From NCBI GenBank assembly GCA_030141605.1, contig JAQGDQ010000001.1, positions 2,232,001 to 2,296,000 on the forward strand: 64,000 nt of DNA, in the 5' to 3' direction. The position numbers and the translations under genes are program-made. Positions 49,513-64,000 of the stretch are shown piece after piece. Origin of the DNA: Tubiluchus corallicola. Its lineage: Eukaryota; Animalia; Priapulida. The notes below the pieces were generated by a model. That model ran no database searches. It was not told where the DNA came from and worked only from the letters and a program-made list of their open reading frames with translations. Position 1 is the first letter of the stretch; the number at the start of each line of letters is the position of its first letter.

Positions 49513-52207
49513 CATTACTTGCTGGTTTTATTGTTCTCGATTTAACACATCAAAGGTAAGAAGTACACATTTTTTAGAGTATCGTTGTTACAAATACTTA
49601 TTACCGTCTAGCTTAGCATAATTAATGTAAATTGGTTCATTCTAAAAGAAGTTACTCTCTCTGCTGAAACCGTTCATTTTCTTTTCTCAAAAATTCTATG
49701 TTGCTGCGACCATCGGATTCACGAAATTGCAAGACTTTTAGTCTAGATTTTCGGATTTTGTGTGACGTGTTTGATTTTTAAGCGTCAGTTCTAAATATTT
49801 TTGCGTGTTGTGGCCTGTCGTGTGCTATTTTTAGAGTAATATGTTGTACAAGTTGTCGTTGGTTATTGTTTAAAAGTAAGCCATATTCTAGGGAAAATCC
49901 TCTACTTAGAAAATTTCCAGCCATTTTGTGTTTCAGCATTGCGTTATCGAGTCGGCAGTAACAGCCAAGCAGTCATCGACCCGGTTCTGCTTACTAGACT
50001 ATAGGCACTAGACTGACTAGAAATAGGCTGCAGCCTGCCTTGACTAAGCATTGGTTAGGTAAGTATACTAACAGTCTGAAAAGGGCTATATTTATATAAG
50101 CCTAAAGTCTGAGTTAATAACTCACCTTTGCAGCTGCCCCCATTATTTTGGCTATTTAAGACTTTAATTTAGCTTTAATTAATGAGCTTACCGCCTCCTT
50201 AAGATTGAAATTAAATTGTACTAATTTCATAAACTTCATTTCTTTCCTTTTTCATGATACTGCAAAGCAAGAACATTTGCAGGTGTTGATGTAAAATGAG
50301 ATTTTGCTTTTATCATAAAAATGTTGAAATTGTACTAATTTATAATAATTTTTATCCTGTTTCTATCATTTGCATAATTTTTATAATGTATTTATAATTA
50401 GTGTTTCAGACTTCAGTTTTGTTAGAAATTTCTAAAATTGTAAATGTATTACAGATTAGAATTACATTCTTTCTTTGTCTACCATGAACAATTTTTTGTT
50501 TAGTTAAAAAAAATTACAATAATTCTATTTTATTTGTACTACATTTTAGCTGGACATACCAATGTACTGTATAACTAATTTTATTTATAAACTTGTATAT
50601 ATTTCATTCTGTTTTATCAGTCTTCATTTAATTTTAAACTCTCGGGGTTTAAAAACCAATAAAATACAAAGCTATTGAAAAATAATGTTCCACCTCCCTG
50701 ATCTGTAGAAGCATATTTGCTTATACATTCCATTATGCCATTAAATTTCTAGATTGCATTTGTCGTAATACTCCATCTCAAATTTCGATTATCGTTACTA
50801 AAGGTTAGGTGAACCTTCGGTATCCTGATGTTATTTTTTGAACAATTGTCATATTGGTTGGATGAAAATTATATTAAACAAACCAAACATTTCCCTATAA
50901 TGCTTAAAAAATTATCTGGAACAAATTGATAGTAAACAGCAAACATGACACAATTGCCAACATTTTATTTTCTGTATGATAACTCGGAGAATGTGATGCA
51001 CCGTCAGTACACAAGTCGTGTCAATGCACAGCAGCATGACAGGGCTCTAATTATTTATACACAATATATTGGCTTATACATAAAAAATAAATCAATGAGA
51101 ACTCTAGCAAACATTTATACTATTGCAGTTTTGATTAAATATTGTTTAAACAATTATTGATTATACAAACTAGTTTGAACAGCTTTTGAAAGCATTGGGG
51201 CTGCTTTTAAAATACTAAATACTTTACTACATAACATTAAACAAACACAAATTTAGTAATCAGAACAATTTTACACAGCTGACCAATCACCACTACTTAA
51301 AATGATAAATATTGCAAAGTTTGTATAATTCTTTTGAATTAGAATTACTAGAAAATTCGGTTTTGTTCCCCAAGAATGAAAAATTTGGTTTCATTTTGGT
51401 TGAAGAAAATGTGTCTTCAGTGCACCCTATATGATCGCTTTTGCAAGCAGGCTGATTTTGGAAACCTGTCTCATTTTTAGTAAAATCCACTGTTACCATC
51501 ACCTTGAGGCTATAATCACAGCCATAAGAAGTTAAGTATACTGTTGTTATGAGCTGTGTGCTAAACTGCCTTTATAGTACTTTTCTCGGTTGTTTCATTT
51601 TTCTACATTTTTACGAGTTGCTTTTACTGTATGCCAAAATGTGTTGAGAACATGACGGAATCTGTTGCTTTTCTTCTTCTTCGTGGGAGCCACTTAAATG
51701 GCCACTTTTAACAACATGGGTTTTGCCTATGTCTTAGCTGGCCATATATACTGGCTAAGAAATTTTTATCAGAACAGTTGTTTTCCAGGCAACAAAAATG
51801 TGATTGAAGTGACTGGTGATTGTATTAAATAATTTAACCATAAATGTGCACTTGAGACAGTGGATTTTTGTTACAATACAGGTTTACCTTTACATAACTA
51901 CTATAACTCATAAGTGAGTATTTGTATCTGTTAACAACCTGCTATAATCGCAACTACAGATCTTCGCATACAATATTAACTCTGCAAACAAAATTTTTGT
52001 GAACGTGAAGTAAGGGAAAAAATTCGTCGTTAAAACGAAACTTATTATTAAATGAGAAAATGTTTCTAAAAGTTTGTCCTCATTAAGCAAATCGGTGGTA
52101 ATGTATATTTATAACTAGAACTATTACTGCATGGCAGTTTTGGAGGCAGAGCTGGATAATTTGGTTTGTTTTATTTAGGGTCTGCCATATTTATTTGCCA
52201 AGGAAAA

Positions 52208-55200
52208 ATGGACATTTTATCTTCAAATGATCACATACGTGGTATGTTTATTGTTAATGTTAGTAGTAGTATATTTGTTTATTTAAGCAAAACATTTCCG
52301 CAGTGTGTTGTCATTTCTTAAGTTCTTCTATTGTATTAGTGTATTGTGTTTTTGGTCCTGAAGTAACACCAAATTTATGTTACACATAAGAGTAATATGG
52401 CTAAGTACAAGTATGAAAAAATGCTGAAATGTCCATACATTCTTCCTCACAAGTATCAACTACTGTACTAATTCAGTTAAAAATGTTTTGATGTGACCTT
52501 TGTCCTTAAATTCTTACCTCAGTTTTATTTATAATAATAAGCAAGGTTTTGGTTCTGGTACACCCTATGAACTAGGTTGGACTTTTCACTCGGTCCTGAA
52601 TGTCACTCGGAGCTTGCAAAACACTAACTCTAGTAGAAAAATGACTACTTTCAGTATGTAGTCATGGATTGAAGCTGGAAAATAATATGCTAAGATTACA
52701 CCTTCAACCAGTTGTCTGAGTTAAGTATTTTCTATACCTTAAGTAGCCGACAGAGTGCTGGAAATGGTTAGAACATAAGTAACTCCTTTTTTGTTTGGTG
52801 CTTTATTGCAGACAACACTTTTAATTTTATCTTTGTTAGTGCTAATATTTTCATCAAGTGAGGTGATATTACTACAAATAAAATGCTGTGTGACTTAATT
52901 AACATACAGCAAAAATATTTTCCTAATGGTGGAAGGAAAGTCGCTATCTAAATCCTGTCACCTTAAAAATGCATATATGTGACTTTGAAAATACCCAATC
53001 TGTTTACGTTTACGACAGTCAGTCACATACTCACCGGAAATATTTATTTTACCAGTAAATTTCGGGGGTGTGCCTCACTGGTCTTGAGAACACGTTTTTT
53101 CTCTAGGCCAGTTTAACATTCTCCTAAATTTGTTACTCATAAATGATTGTAAGCATTTATCTTCACAATGACATCACTTCCTACAATTTGACATCATGCA
53201 AAAGTTCAGTAGGGGAGAAAATGCTTAAGAATGTGCAACTTTGATCTGGGAACTTCAGAAAATATTTTGTCACAGTTTTATTACTTTCAGTTGGGGAAGT
53301 CATCTATTGTCTACTTCTGTATCACTTACAGAAGTCAGCTTCACAGTTTAAATTTGGTGTAGTTGTGGTTTAGTTCTATATACTGGATAAAAATTGTTAA
53401 AGGAAAACAGATCAATTCTGCGGGTCTTATCCTATTTTGGTAAAAAGTATATAGTCTAACACCTATAAGAATGCCAAAATGAGCACAGCTTGAGATGACA
53501 TCATAACTGAACATAATTTTCCAACGACAGAAACATTTTGTGAGTCTGTTGCACATGTTTAAATCAAAAATTGAAATATATTGCTACACTGTAGAGGATT
53601 GCAGTGTTTCATACACGATGTGCAAACAATTTTTATTCAATACACGAATGAAACAAACAAAATTTTAGGCATTTGCAATAATACAGAAGCGAAATGAATA
53701 AAAATTTGAAAAAACACGAATACACAAAAAACAGCAACAGAGACTCATAACGGTGTGCTAAGTTGTTGATAATAAAATATCACCAACTGGAAAACGTGAT
53801 AATCAGACAGTCAACAAAAAACATGTAGTTGAAGGAAGCATGTGGCTCAATCCCGCAGCCAAACAAATCGCAAGGTGGATGCATGCGGGATGTAATATTT
53901 AGGTACTTTAAAACAAACGGCTAACTCAATGTTGATTCAATAATTGTCGTTAAGGGAAAAATTGTTAAACTATTTACTTGCATGTATTTCTTTTGTGGCT
54001 CTGTTTACTAAATCTTTGGCAGGCCAGCTATTTTCAGTCAGTAAACGATTTTTAGACTTAATTAACTGCTAAATGGCACTGAAAATTTTTTTCATATGGC
54101 AATGTGATTTGGCACGTGTGATAATACACGTAATAATAAATGACAAATAATTGTCTGGTAATCTTTTATATAGTGTTGCAAAAAATAGTGGAAATATTAG
54201 CAACAAGTTGTTGTTGCCCATGAAAAGAAGTGGCCATTTACTCCATACTTTTGCTTTAACAATTAACATGACGCCAATCTCGGCACGCATGAGTTACAAG
54301 AAGCATTTTATTTTCCCTTGGAAACTTGGATGAAGTAAATGCATCTACATGTAGATGCTGCAAAATGTAGATTAAAGGTAGATGAGAAAAAAGTAGATGT
54401 TTCAAACGCTGCCGCATTGCCTATGGTTCACATCGACTCCAGAAATTTTAAGTAAAAGAAATTTAGTTCCAATATCATGAATATGTGTGCCAAACTAAAA
54501 AAAATGTTCTTATGACCAGGTACAGTGCCTATTTTTGTACAATGTGTTTCTGAGATGTAGGCGGTGTTATCCATTTAACTAGGAATTAGCAAAACAAGTG
54601 CAACATTTAAAACTAATTCCCAAGGAAAATATGTGGAATCATTTTGAAAGAAGGTATTCTGTTTCTTTTAATACTGACTGAACAAAGAAAAAATGTCTAA
54701 CGACTGTCTGTTGACTATGGCTTCACTAAGAGTTGAAATGTGACAAAATTCAAATCAAAACTTATGGTGAGTGAGACTTGCCTGCATCCTAAGAAAAATA
54801 TCATTTTGTATAAATGACTGTAATACATAAAAAACTTAGAGCAGTTGCCAAAAACTGTATATTTTACCATAAACTAACACCTGTTGTTTACCTTTATGAT
54901 GATCAACATTTTAAAATCCTTTTGTTACTACTACCTTTATTAAAATTGTTTTATTTATGTTTTCTTATTGCTTTATAAAGGCAGTGGTGAAGTTTTTGAA
55001 AATGACATCGGTGAACTTCCAAACCACATAGCAGATCCTTCTAGTGAAAGGTAACATTATTTTTTTTAATTCTTTGTTATTGTACTGAATTTTTATTTGA
55101 CTGTCTTGACAAAATTACCTACCATATTGTAAAAGAACATTATTTCATTTGAAGCCTGACATTGAAGTTTTATTTGATTGTTACGTGTTTTCCGTACTTT

Positions 55201-58200
55201 GCCAAGACCCTTTAAAGTAAAACCCCAGCCTCACCATCGTTTCTTCACAAAATTCAAGAAACATGTTCTGAAACAATATTTTAGTCTATTTCCTAAAATA
55301 ATCAACTAATTAAGTAAGTAATTGGACGATTTTACTATACACTATTTTCCCAGGCTCACCACACATTTTCCTAATATGCCTGCCTTTTCATAGTCTAGCT
55401 GTTGATGATGATCGTGGAAAGATCAAAGTTTAAGTGTACCAGACAGCATTTGTGTACACTTGACAATGCCCCACAGCCCGTGCTATTGTAATAGTGCCAG
55501 TTTTAACATAACAGCTAGCCAGAACCTTGCCTAGTTCATTTTTCTTATTCCCAAGCAAGATCCTGCTTGTAAATCACTCTGCGCACAGACTAATGCATAA
55601 TTATAAGTAAAGTTCACATAAACCAACTGAAGTGATGCAAGACATGGCTTTGCTTTACCCATATGTCAAGTGACGGTTGTGGTTAAGATGTGTTGCTGTG
55701 GTAGACTTAACTTTTGGCCTGCAGCAACTGCGCGTGCGTGCACACAACAAAACTGTGCAACGGCTTATTATGTGATAATTGACTGCTGACATCTTCGCCA
55801 GTAAGGTTGGCGATATGTTTTGTGCTTTATTAAGCTTGGACTGGCACACCCGGACAACCGATTTTTCTAGTTAGGTCATTTTACTGAAAAGAATAATTTA
55901 TTTCACTATAATCTCCAGAAAATTCTAACGCTGATTTGAAGGAAGTAAGCTGTAAACGTTTCAGTTTGTTTATGAACTTGCAAGGAGTTCAACAAATTCG
56001 GTGCAGTGTGAGAGGCTGCTTTTGATCCTGCTTTCCTTTTGCATCTAAGCACAACAGTGCTATAAGACCTGAGAGAATGCCATGGCTAATACTCAGTAAT
56101 TGTATCTTTCAAGTAAATAGGTACCATTTAGTGCATTACAAGCTAAAATTAAAATTTTAAATTCAATTCTGAATTTCACTGGAACAGTGTGAAAATAAAG
56201 AGCACCGGTGCAATAAGGCAAACTTGAGTATGAAAGTGGTCAGGACAGGCAGCAGGCCCACGTTGCAAGTCATTGCAATGAGTTGTAATTAAAGGGTTGG
56301 CTGCTTCTCGAAATAGCGAAAAGTATATAGATTATACTTTTTAAATGAGAGTTTGTGGTCCCCTAGTAGATGTAGTTTGCTAACCTTTCTGTTATGTGTT
56401 TAAATTACTTCTGGGTCAGTGTGCTAAACAGGCCTGTGGACAACATGCACTAAACAGTATACACACACATTATTCCTATTAGCTATGGATTTTTTGCAAG
56501 TAATATATACAAAATCAGTGATTTACTGATCTGACTAGTTTATAATTTTATTGTATCGTAGATTTTTACATTTCAGTAGTAAGAAACAAAGTTCTGGGTA
56601 TTAATTTTAATAATTAAGTAGGTGCAAATGGAACGGTTTACTTTAGTGACCACCATGTAAACATTTAGCAGTTTAATAAATGTGACAACTTACAGACCTA
56701 AATGTCTATTAGTTTTATAGTAACAGCAGCCAAGGATTAAAATATCTTTTTTTTTACTTTCATACTTCCTTTAAAAACTTCTAATATCTATAAAACTGTT
56801 AGTCTATAACATGTGCTAATAAATAATTGGTGGAATTGGCAGAAATTTCGTGGCGATAACACAAACCTGTGACGAACTGTTCTTGTTTCTTGTTTGTGCT
56901 TACTGTCCACTGATTATTGCCATGGCGCCAGGCAAACTTTGTTGGGTGCAGAATCTGCAGGTACAGTACTGCAGTTGTTCAAATTATCATGTTTTTTTTA
57001 ATTAACCTGATTGGTAGTTGTCACACATAAAAATACTGGAATTTGATTTCATCATTTCTTTTATTCACAAATATATGCGTAAAAATGACTGGGCTTTTTT
57101 TTAAGTTGTCATGTACTAAAAGGAAGAGGTAAGGTTACTAAATGAAAATATGAAATATAATTTTAGTCCACTAGTGTTATGGTTTGTCAATTTTCAAAAA
57201 GCTCCTAAATATACATTTTTGCATTACAAATGTAATTTGAAGTTAGATTGTTTGTAATTTTTTAGTGGATATAGGCAGAGCGAAAGGAGAACTTTTAGTT
57301 GTTTTTTTTTTTGGTTTAAATTGTGTTGTATCATAACTGTCGTTTCGTTATTAGATGTCTGACTACTGCCAAACAGTAATCACAAGAAAATTGAAAATCG
57401 TGAACAAAAACAATACTAAATTAGACTGAAAAGATATTCAGGAAGGCACTTCACATTCAGGAAAGTACAATATTCTTAGGACATTTCAAATATTTAAAAA
57501 TGAGAGTATACGGGCAAATAAGCTGTAACTTTTATCTTTATTAAATACAGTATTACTTTGTTATACTCTTTTCTGGTGCTTTTTTAAGGTATTGTCACTT
57601 ATTAACGTGACTGATGTTCTTAAACAAAATCTGCTTCTTTTGCAGCTGCAAGGCTGTTGTAAATGGTCACAATGGCCTTTTGCTGCACAGCTCCTCTGGA
57701 AATGAGAACGCTTCCGGCTTTGCCACTCCCAAAGATAAACCGAAGCAGAACATAAGTGAAAAACATGGGAGCAGTAAAGACAAGCATAGCAGTAGCTCCA
57801 AAGACAAACATAATAGCAGCAGTAGCAGTTATAAAGACAAGCAAAAAGACAACAGTAGTTATAAAGAAAAACATATTAGTAGTAGCAGCAGCAGCAGTTC
57901 CAAAGATAAGCACAGCTCCAGTTCCAGTTCCAAAGACAAGCATAGTGGTAGTAGTAACAGCAAAGAAAAGTACAGCAGTACCAGTCTCAGCAACAGCAGC
58001 AAGAATAAACATGTTAGCAGTAGCTCAAAGGATAAGCATGCCAGCAGCAGCACTAGTGGCTCTAAAGACAAACATAGCTCCTTCAAGGAAAAGACAGACA
58101 AGCATCGGAATTCTAAAGACCATTCCAACTCAGAAGCAAAGAAAGATAAGTCTAGCAGTGATATGCCCGCGGACAAGTATGTTAGCAGTTCAAAGCACGT

Positions 58201-61200
58201 CAGTGATAAGCATTCGAGCAGTTCAAAGGAGAAGTCCAGCAGCTCAGATGACAAGCACGTTAGCAGTTCAAAACACAGCAGTGGTAAGCATTTGAGCAGC
58301 TCAAAAGAGAAGTCCATCAGCTCAGACGACAAGCATATAAGCAGTTCAAAGCACAGCAGTGATAAGCATTCGAGCAGCTCAAAGGAGAAGTCTACTAGCT
58401 CTTCGTCAAAGCATTCTGGTTCCTCCAAATACAGCTCTTCGAGCTCTAGTTATAGTAAAGAACGTAGCAGTGACAAACACAGTAAAAGTAGTGATGTTAG
58501 TTTAAAGGGTTTATCACATAATTCCAAAAGTTCTTCAAAGGTAAAAGAAAGTTCATCAAGCTCAAAAATTACTGGCAAAGAACAAGACAAGCATAGTGAA
58601 TCTTTGAATAAGCACAAAGATAAGCACAAACATTCTTTAGATTCTGATTTTAAAGCCAAGCAGGAAAGCTCAAGCATTTCAAAAAAAGAATTCACCCCTG
58701 ATTTGTCACTCGGAGAAAGTAAAACTGATTTGTATATAAAGAAAGAAAAAGACGTATCAATTAATAGGTAAGTTTTTCTGTATTAGTCATTTGTTCTTAT
58801 GTTAGCTATATTATGAATTTGATTTTTTTCAGCTTGGCCTTTGCTGCTTTATGAAAGGGAGTATAACTGAACTTTAAGTTAAGATTTAGGACGCATTTCC
58901 ACTACGTGCGCACAGACACAGACTTTTCTGTCCGCACGTTTTGTCTGTAACCCATACATCACGTCATAAATACGCCAAAATTTTAGTGTAAAATTCTAGC
59001 ATAAGACTTTCTATGGAAAGCGACAACATTGTTTTTGGGTACACCCACTATTTGAGTATTTTATTCTATCTCATTTCTCTTCTATCTTTATTGCTCCTGC
59101 TAGCTAAGTGTCTTGGCAGCATCAAAATATTGGTCTGCTTTAACTTGACTATTTTTTACTTTGCAATGAAGGGAAACAGTGGCAGTTTCAATGAAATCTT
59201 AAGCAAAGCCTTAAAAATATTTACGGTATCTTTTTTCTTTCTTGTTACGAGTGTACTACAGTTGATTTTGATTTTAGCCACCCACATGTTGCAGTTTTTA
59301 CGTGGTATTTTCTAGCGGAATTTAAAAAGACTAGTTGTGTTCATTCCAAATAAAATGTGGCTTTTATTATAAAGCTAACAATGTTTTGAAGCTTATAATT
59401 TATAGTGTATCAACACAATTATGCAATGAAATTTTCTGGACAAAGTCGAAATACTGTGGCATTTGCATGTGTAGACATATATTACAAATTAAAAAAATTA
59501 CATGCACTATAGAATCATGAAACTTGGACCTAAATTTGCAGATGTAAGATTAATAACAAAAACTAGATACGTGCATTTTATCTTCAGTATTAACTTCGAC
59601 CTATAGCTGCCTTGTAAAATCTAAGTGACTATTTTCAGATTTCTTTTGTCACATAGAGCTGGTCTAATTTGCATAGTGTGTATGATTTATACCTTTTCAA
59701 ATTACAAACTGAACTTGCCCGTCCGCACAAAAAAGGTTTTGCAATTGAAGTATGTGGCTTTCCATACGGACACAGTGGAAACGACAAACACGGAAAACAA
59801 TGATTTGCAGAGGTGTGCTAATGTTCCAGTTTTTTCGGTGTGAGTCACAGAAGGTCCATGTTTGTGCGGGCGTAGTGGAAACACGGCCTTAGACTGAAAA
59901 TCTAAGCTGGGCATCATCACAAGTCCCAACCCTCGAAGTTTATGTGAAATTTAGTAGATTTAGTCTGAATCAAGATCAATGTCTGTCTACCAAGTGCTAC
60001 TGCATAAACAGTGGTTGACCTCTTTTCTGGTTACCAAGTTAAAATGCTTAATTTCAAAGATTATCAGAAACAATAGTCCTAAAGAATTTTGCGTTTCTAA
60101 CACAATGACACAAATTTTTAATAAAACTTTTATTTCTTTTAAGCACAAGTATAAGTATTAAGGAAGAGATGGAGAGTGATGATGATGTCCCTCTGGTAAG
60201 TTTTTTTTGTATACTACATGTGTAAAACGGTTTCAGTCATGTTTTTTATATGTAGCATTTTTCCAGGAATTATTAACATTAAGTCATTTTGTCAGTCCGC
60301 CTCTTGCTAATCTCATTAGTAAAAATTAGCAAATATTGAACCAAGCATTGCTAATTCTGTTAATTTGGTATCATTATGATCCTAAATAAAAGTTTTTTTT
60401 GCTTTTTCTTATTGCTAGTAATATATGTATCATTCTGTATTTAATATCAATCTAAATTGCCTAATATGGAAATCCATATTAACCATCCATCTTATTGCCT
60501 GCTCATACTGCCGTAATATTGCTCAATTAGTAATTTTATTTAACATTTATTCAAGTAAAAAGCTTCATTGAAGTTTATAAGAAACTATTTTATTTGTTTG
60601 CTGCAGAGTTCGAGACAGCAAAACCTAGCATCTAAAGTCAAGGGTGAAAAAAGGAAATCAGACTGGAATGAGGATGACGATGACGATGTACCACTGGCTG
60701 CACGTAGCAAGAAACGAAAGTCTACCGAACCATCAAAGAAATTTAAGGAAGAGAGCGATTATGAAGATGAATTTGTTGCTGTAAGTATTTTATTGTTATA
60801 TTTGGACATAATCATCAAACGTTTCATAGTGGCAAACTGATATCGATTTAGTATTGTAAGATATCGCAGCCAGTTTTACTTTAAACAAGTGTCTGTTATA
60901 GTGACTTTGACCACTTTTTGTTAAAAATCAAACCTCAAAGGTGTTAATTGCATGATTTTTAGCATAATTGGGGCATTAATTCGTGACTCGAGGAAAAACA
61001 TTTACTGATGATTTGATAATTATTAAACATATAAGTTTCACATGATAAAAGACTGCAGCAAAGATTAAAACTGGCTGATAATAAAAATGTAACATGAGTA
61101 ATTACTAGTTAGCAGTAGCAGTAAGTTTTACATTGATAAATATATATTTTGTATCTCGTGCATTTGTGCAAGTTCGTTTTAGCTGATTATTGTTAAATAA

Positions 61201-63603
61201 TGTTAATAGTCTTACAAAGCAACATTAGCTTTCACATTTTTATTCCTTTTAACATAAATTTGTAACATGAATAAAGCAGTCGAGACTCCTCAGCAGCAAT
61301 GTAATAGAGTGACAGCAAACACAACACTATAAGAAGTTTGAAGAACAGAGGCTTATATTGGCCTAGAAATACACTATAACCTGGTGTCAAAGATTTACAA
61401 TACAGCATTTAAAAATCATTAGATTGTTGTGTTCAGCATTAAATTGTAAGTATTTGGCAATCCAGTAGTGGAAATCTTTATTAGTAAATGCAAGTTAAAT
61501 TTAAATTTTTAGAAAAAGAAGAAACTCGGAAAGTCTAAGCCTTCTCACAAGAGGGAGAAATCTGATTCATTGGAGAGCAAGTCTAGTCCTTCCAAAAAGG
61601 TGAAAAAAGATGAACCAGACACAGTTTGGAAATGGTACATTTTCTTTGCTACTTTTCTGATGAATGCAAGAAACAAGTGCAATTTTATACTAATATTTTT
61701 ACTTTATACTTCTATGCTTTGCTCAAAATATTATGAAGAAATTTACTAAAAATATTTAATTCTTATGAAGAATATTGTCCTGTAAACATTGATTACAGAC
61801 ATGTTGCAGTCTATTATCTAATATCTGTTCTAGTGTCAGCCTGTGAAATGTTAGACTCCCCTAGCAATTTTTACATTGTAGTAGCATAACTGCCATTTTA
61901 AATTTGGCTATGATATCAAAAAATTAGCTGTGATGGATTTAGTATCATATATGTGTATCATCCCGCTGTATTAATACCATCCTGTAGAATATAGTTGCAG
62001 TCCATGTCAAAACGCTGGAGGCTTACGACATTTAATGTCATTCTTTTTTAAAGAAAACATAATCATCTGATGAATTAAAATATGCTGTAGTCCTAGTTTG
62101 TAAAACTGTGCTATGATTTATGCTAAAACGGCAGAGCTTAAACTTTTTAAAATGCATCCTAAGCACGCAAAAACAAGGTGACAGCCATTTACAAACCAAA
62201 ACATTAAAGTGATGCTAAAAGGTGAGCCGTTTGTTTCGTTGTTATGCAGTCAGCTGCAAAACCAATGTGATACATAGACAAGTTTTTTGAAAATTTAATT
62301 GAAAATAATGCAAAAAACTCGAAAGACATGGTTGAAGATGTGAATTTATTTTCCCATTTTACCTCTTACACAACGCTATTACGCAACCTCTTAAACGCAA
62401 AACTAGGAATTAATCTAAAATTGCAAATAATGGAGACAACTGCATCTTTCACAAGACCCCAGTTTAATATTAAAAGGTTGGTAAACTTCTTGCTGTTTTG
62501 CCTTTAGGTGGGAGGAAGGAAGCAGTCATGACGGCGGTGTAAAGTGGAAGACTTTAGAACATAAAGGCCCATTATTTGCTCCTCCATATGAACGCCTTCC
62601 TAAAAGCATTCACTTCAAATACGATGGGAAATCTATGGAATTGAGTGAAGCTGCTGAAGAAGTTGCGGGCTTCTATGCCAGGTTTATTGAACATGACTAC
62701 TGTACCAAGGAGGCTTTCAACAAGAACTTTTTTAAAGACTGGCGCAAAGTAATGAATGCAGAAGAAAGAAAAATCATAACAGATCTGAACAAGTGCAACT
62801 TCAGGGAAATATTTCAGTACTATCAAATGAAATCTGAAGAGAAAAAAGCTTTGCCAAAAGAAGAGAAGAAGAAGCTTAAGTTACAGAACGAGGCCATTCA
62901 AGAAGAGTATGGATATTGTGTTGTTGATGGATATCGCCAGAAAATTGGAAACTTCCGAATAGAGCCTCCTGGTCTATTTCGTGGACGTGGAGATCATCCA
63001 AAAATGGGGTCTCTAAAACGAAGAATTGAACCAGAAGATGTTGCAGTTAACTGCAGTAAAGGTTCAAAAATTCCAAAACCTCCGGAGGGTCATAGGTGGA
63101 AGGAAGTGAAACATGATAACACGGTAACCTGGCTTGCAACATGGATCGAAAATGTCCAAGGACAGAATAAATATGTTATGCTTAATCCGAGTTCCAAGTT
63201 AAAAGGTGAAAAAGATTACCAAAAATACGAACTTGCGAGAAAGTTGAAGAACTATGTTGAAAACATACGCGCCACCTACAGAGAGGACTGGAAGAGCAAA
63301 GAAATGAAGGCAAGACAAAGAAGTGTGGCTTTGTATTTCATCGACAAGTTGGCACTTAGAGCAGGAAATGAAAAAGAAGAGGGAGAATCAGCTGACACAG
63401 TTGGTTGCTGTTCTCTGAGAGTGGAACACATAACATTACACGAAGAAAAGGATGAGCAAGAGTATGTTGTGGAATTTGATTTTCTGGGAAAAGATTCCAT
63501 TCGCTACACAAACAGTGTCCCCGTTGAGAAACGAGTGTTCAAAAACTTGGTACGGTTTATGGAAAACAAGAAACCTGGAGACGATTTATTCGATAGGCTG
63601 AAT
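52208..63603 (+). CDS. TOP1: DNA topoisomerase I (type IB), 5' part; gene continues right
   Basis: Exons 52208-52241, 54981-55050, 57646-58767, 60144-60195, 60607-60780, 61513-61634 and 62508-63603 join in frame (890 codons). Core motifs [65 protein letters not shown]. The first two small exons are less certain. Confidence 0.95.
58172..58405 (+). repeat. Three 78-bp (26-aa) coding tandem repeats in the TOP1 N-terminus
   Basis: Units start at 58172, 58250 and 58328: DK(Y/H)(V/I)SSSKH.S(D/G)[11 protein letters not shown](D/S). Confidence 0.9.
58889..59888. mobile_element. PIF/Harbinger-like MITE in a TOP1 intron
   Basis: Imperfect ~40-bp TIR GGACGCATTTCCACTACGTGCGCACA versus reverse complement GGCCGTGTTTCCACTACGCCCGCACA, with 3-bp TSD TTA (58886-58888 and 59889-59891). 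Confidence 0.8.
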
Positions 63604-64000
63604 GTAAGTTTACAGCAGTTTCAATAAATTATAAATGCTTAATAACTTACCAGGGTGTTTGTATTTCTGAATGTATAACAAAGTAAATGTATGCAATCAT
63701 TATAAAGTCAAGAAAGTGGATTTAAATGGATTTAACTTATTTCAGACATAAAAACACAAATATAAGCACTTTAACTGTAGATAAATAGTCAGAACCAAAC
63801 AGGAACCATTTGAATCCACTTGACTTTTGCATAGCCATTAAAAATGGTTGTGTACATTTACTTTACTATACATTCAAAATTGATCTTTGATAAAAAAAAT
63901 GTGAGTAAATTCAAATGATTTGTTGCCACCCATTTCAGACTACGCTTTGAACTGTGCACTCCTTAGTGCTGTGGCAGTTGCTGTGGTGCATTCAATCATT

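Noticed and set aside
57620-58695. Overlapping alternative-frame and antisense ORFs in the TOP1 repeat exon
   Set aside because: By-products of low-complexity AGC/AGT/AAA codon repeats.
63939-64000. Next TOP1 exon after TTTCAG
   Set aside because: Reads TTL-stop instead of the expected T..LN.HL; the true exon lies beyond the window.

Overview
AT-rich animal genomic DNA with spliceosomal introns, probably from an invertebrate; the species cannot be determined from the sequence. Five host genes were reconstructed by hand with consistent splice phases. (1) The 5' part of a phospholipase C gene (PH + EF-hand, minus strand, truncated at the left edge), containing a probable U12-type intron. (2) A complete HERPUD/Herp gene (minus, 8 coding exons, 362 aa), with a GC-AG intron and UPR-type promoter motifs. 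(3) An intronless SMG5 (plus, 940 aa), head-to-head with HERPUD. (4) A complete NUF2 (minus, 11 coding exons, about 454 aa). (5) The 5' two-thirds of TOP1 (plus, truncated at the right edge), head-to-head with NUF2. Introns and intergenic DNA carry many small mobile elements: TA-flanked pogo/Tigger-like MITEs, a Harbinger-like MITE, a young TGT..ACA element with a 5-bp TSD, an RTE-type short retroelement with a TSD and a 5' pseudoknot, a tRNA-derived SINE, LINE fragments, and THAP, BED and DDE transposase relics. I found no clearly new protein system. The strongest leads are RNA-level or regulatory: the HERPUD GC/GT donor switch next to an NMD gene, the remodelled SMG5 upstream region, and the pseudoknotted 169-bp retroelement.
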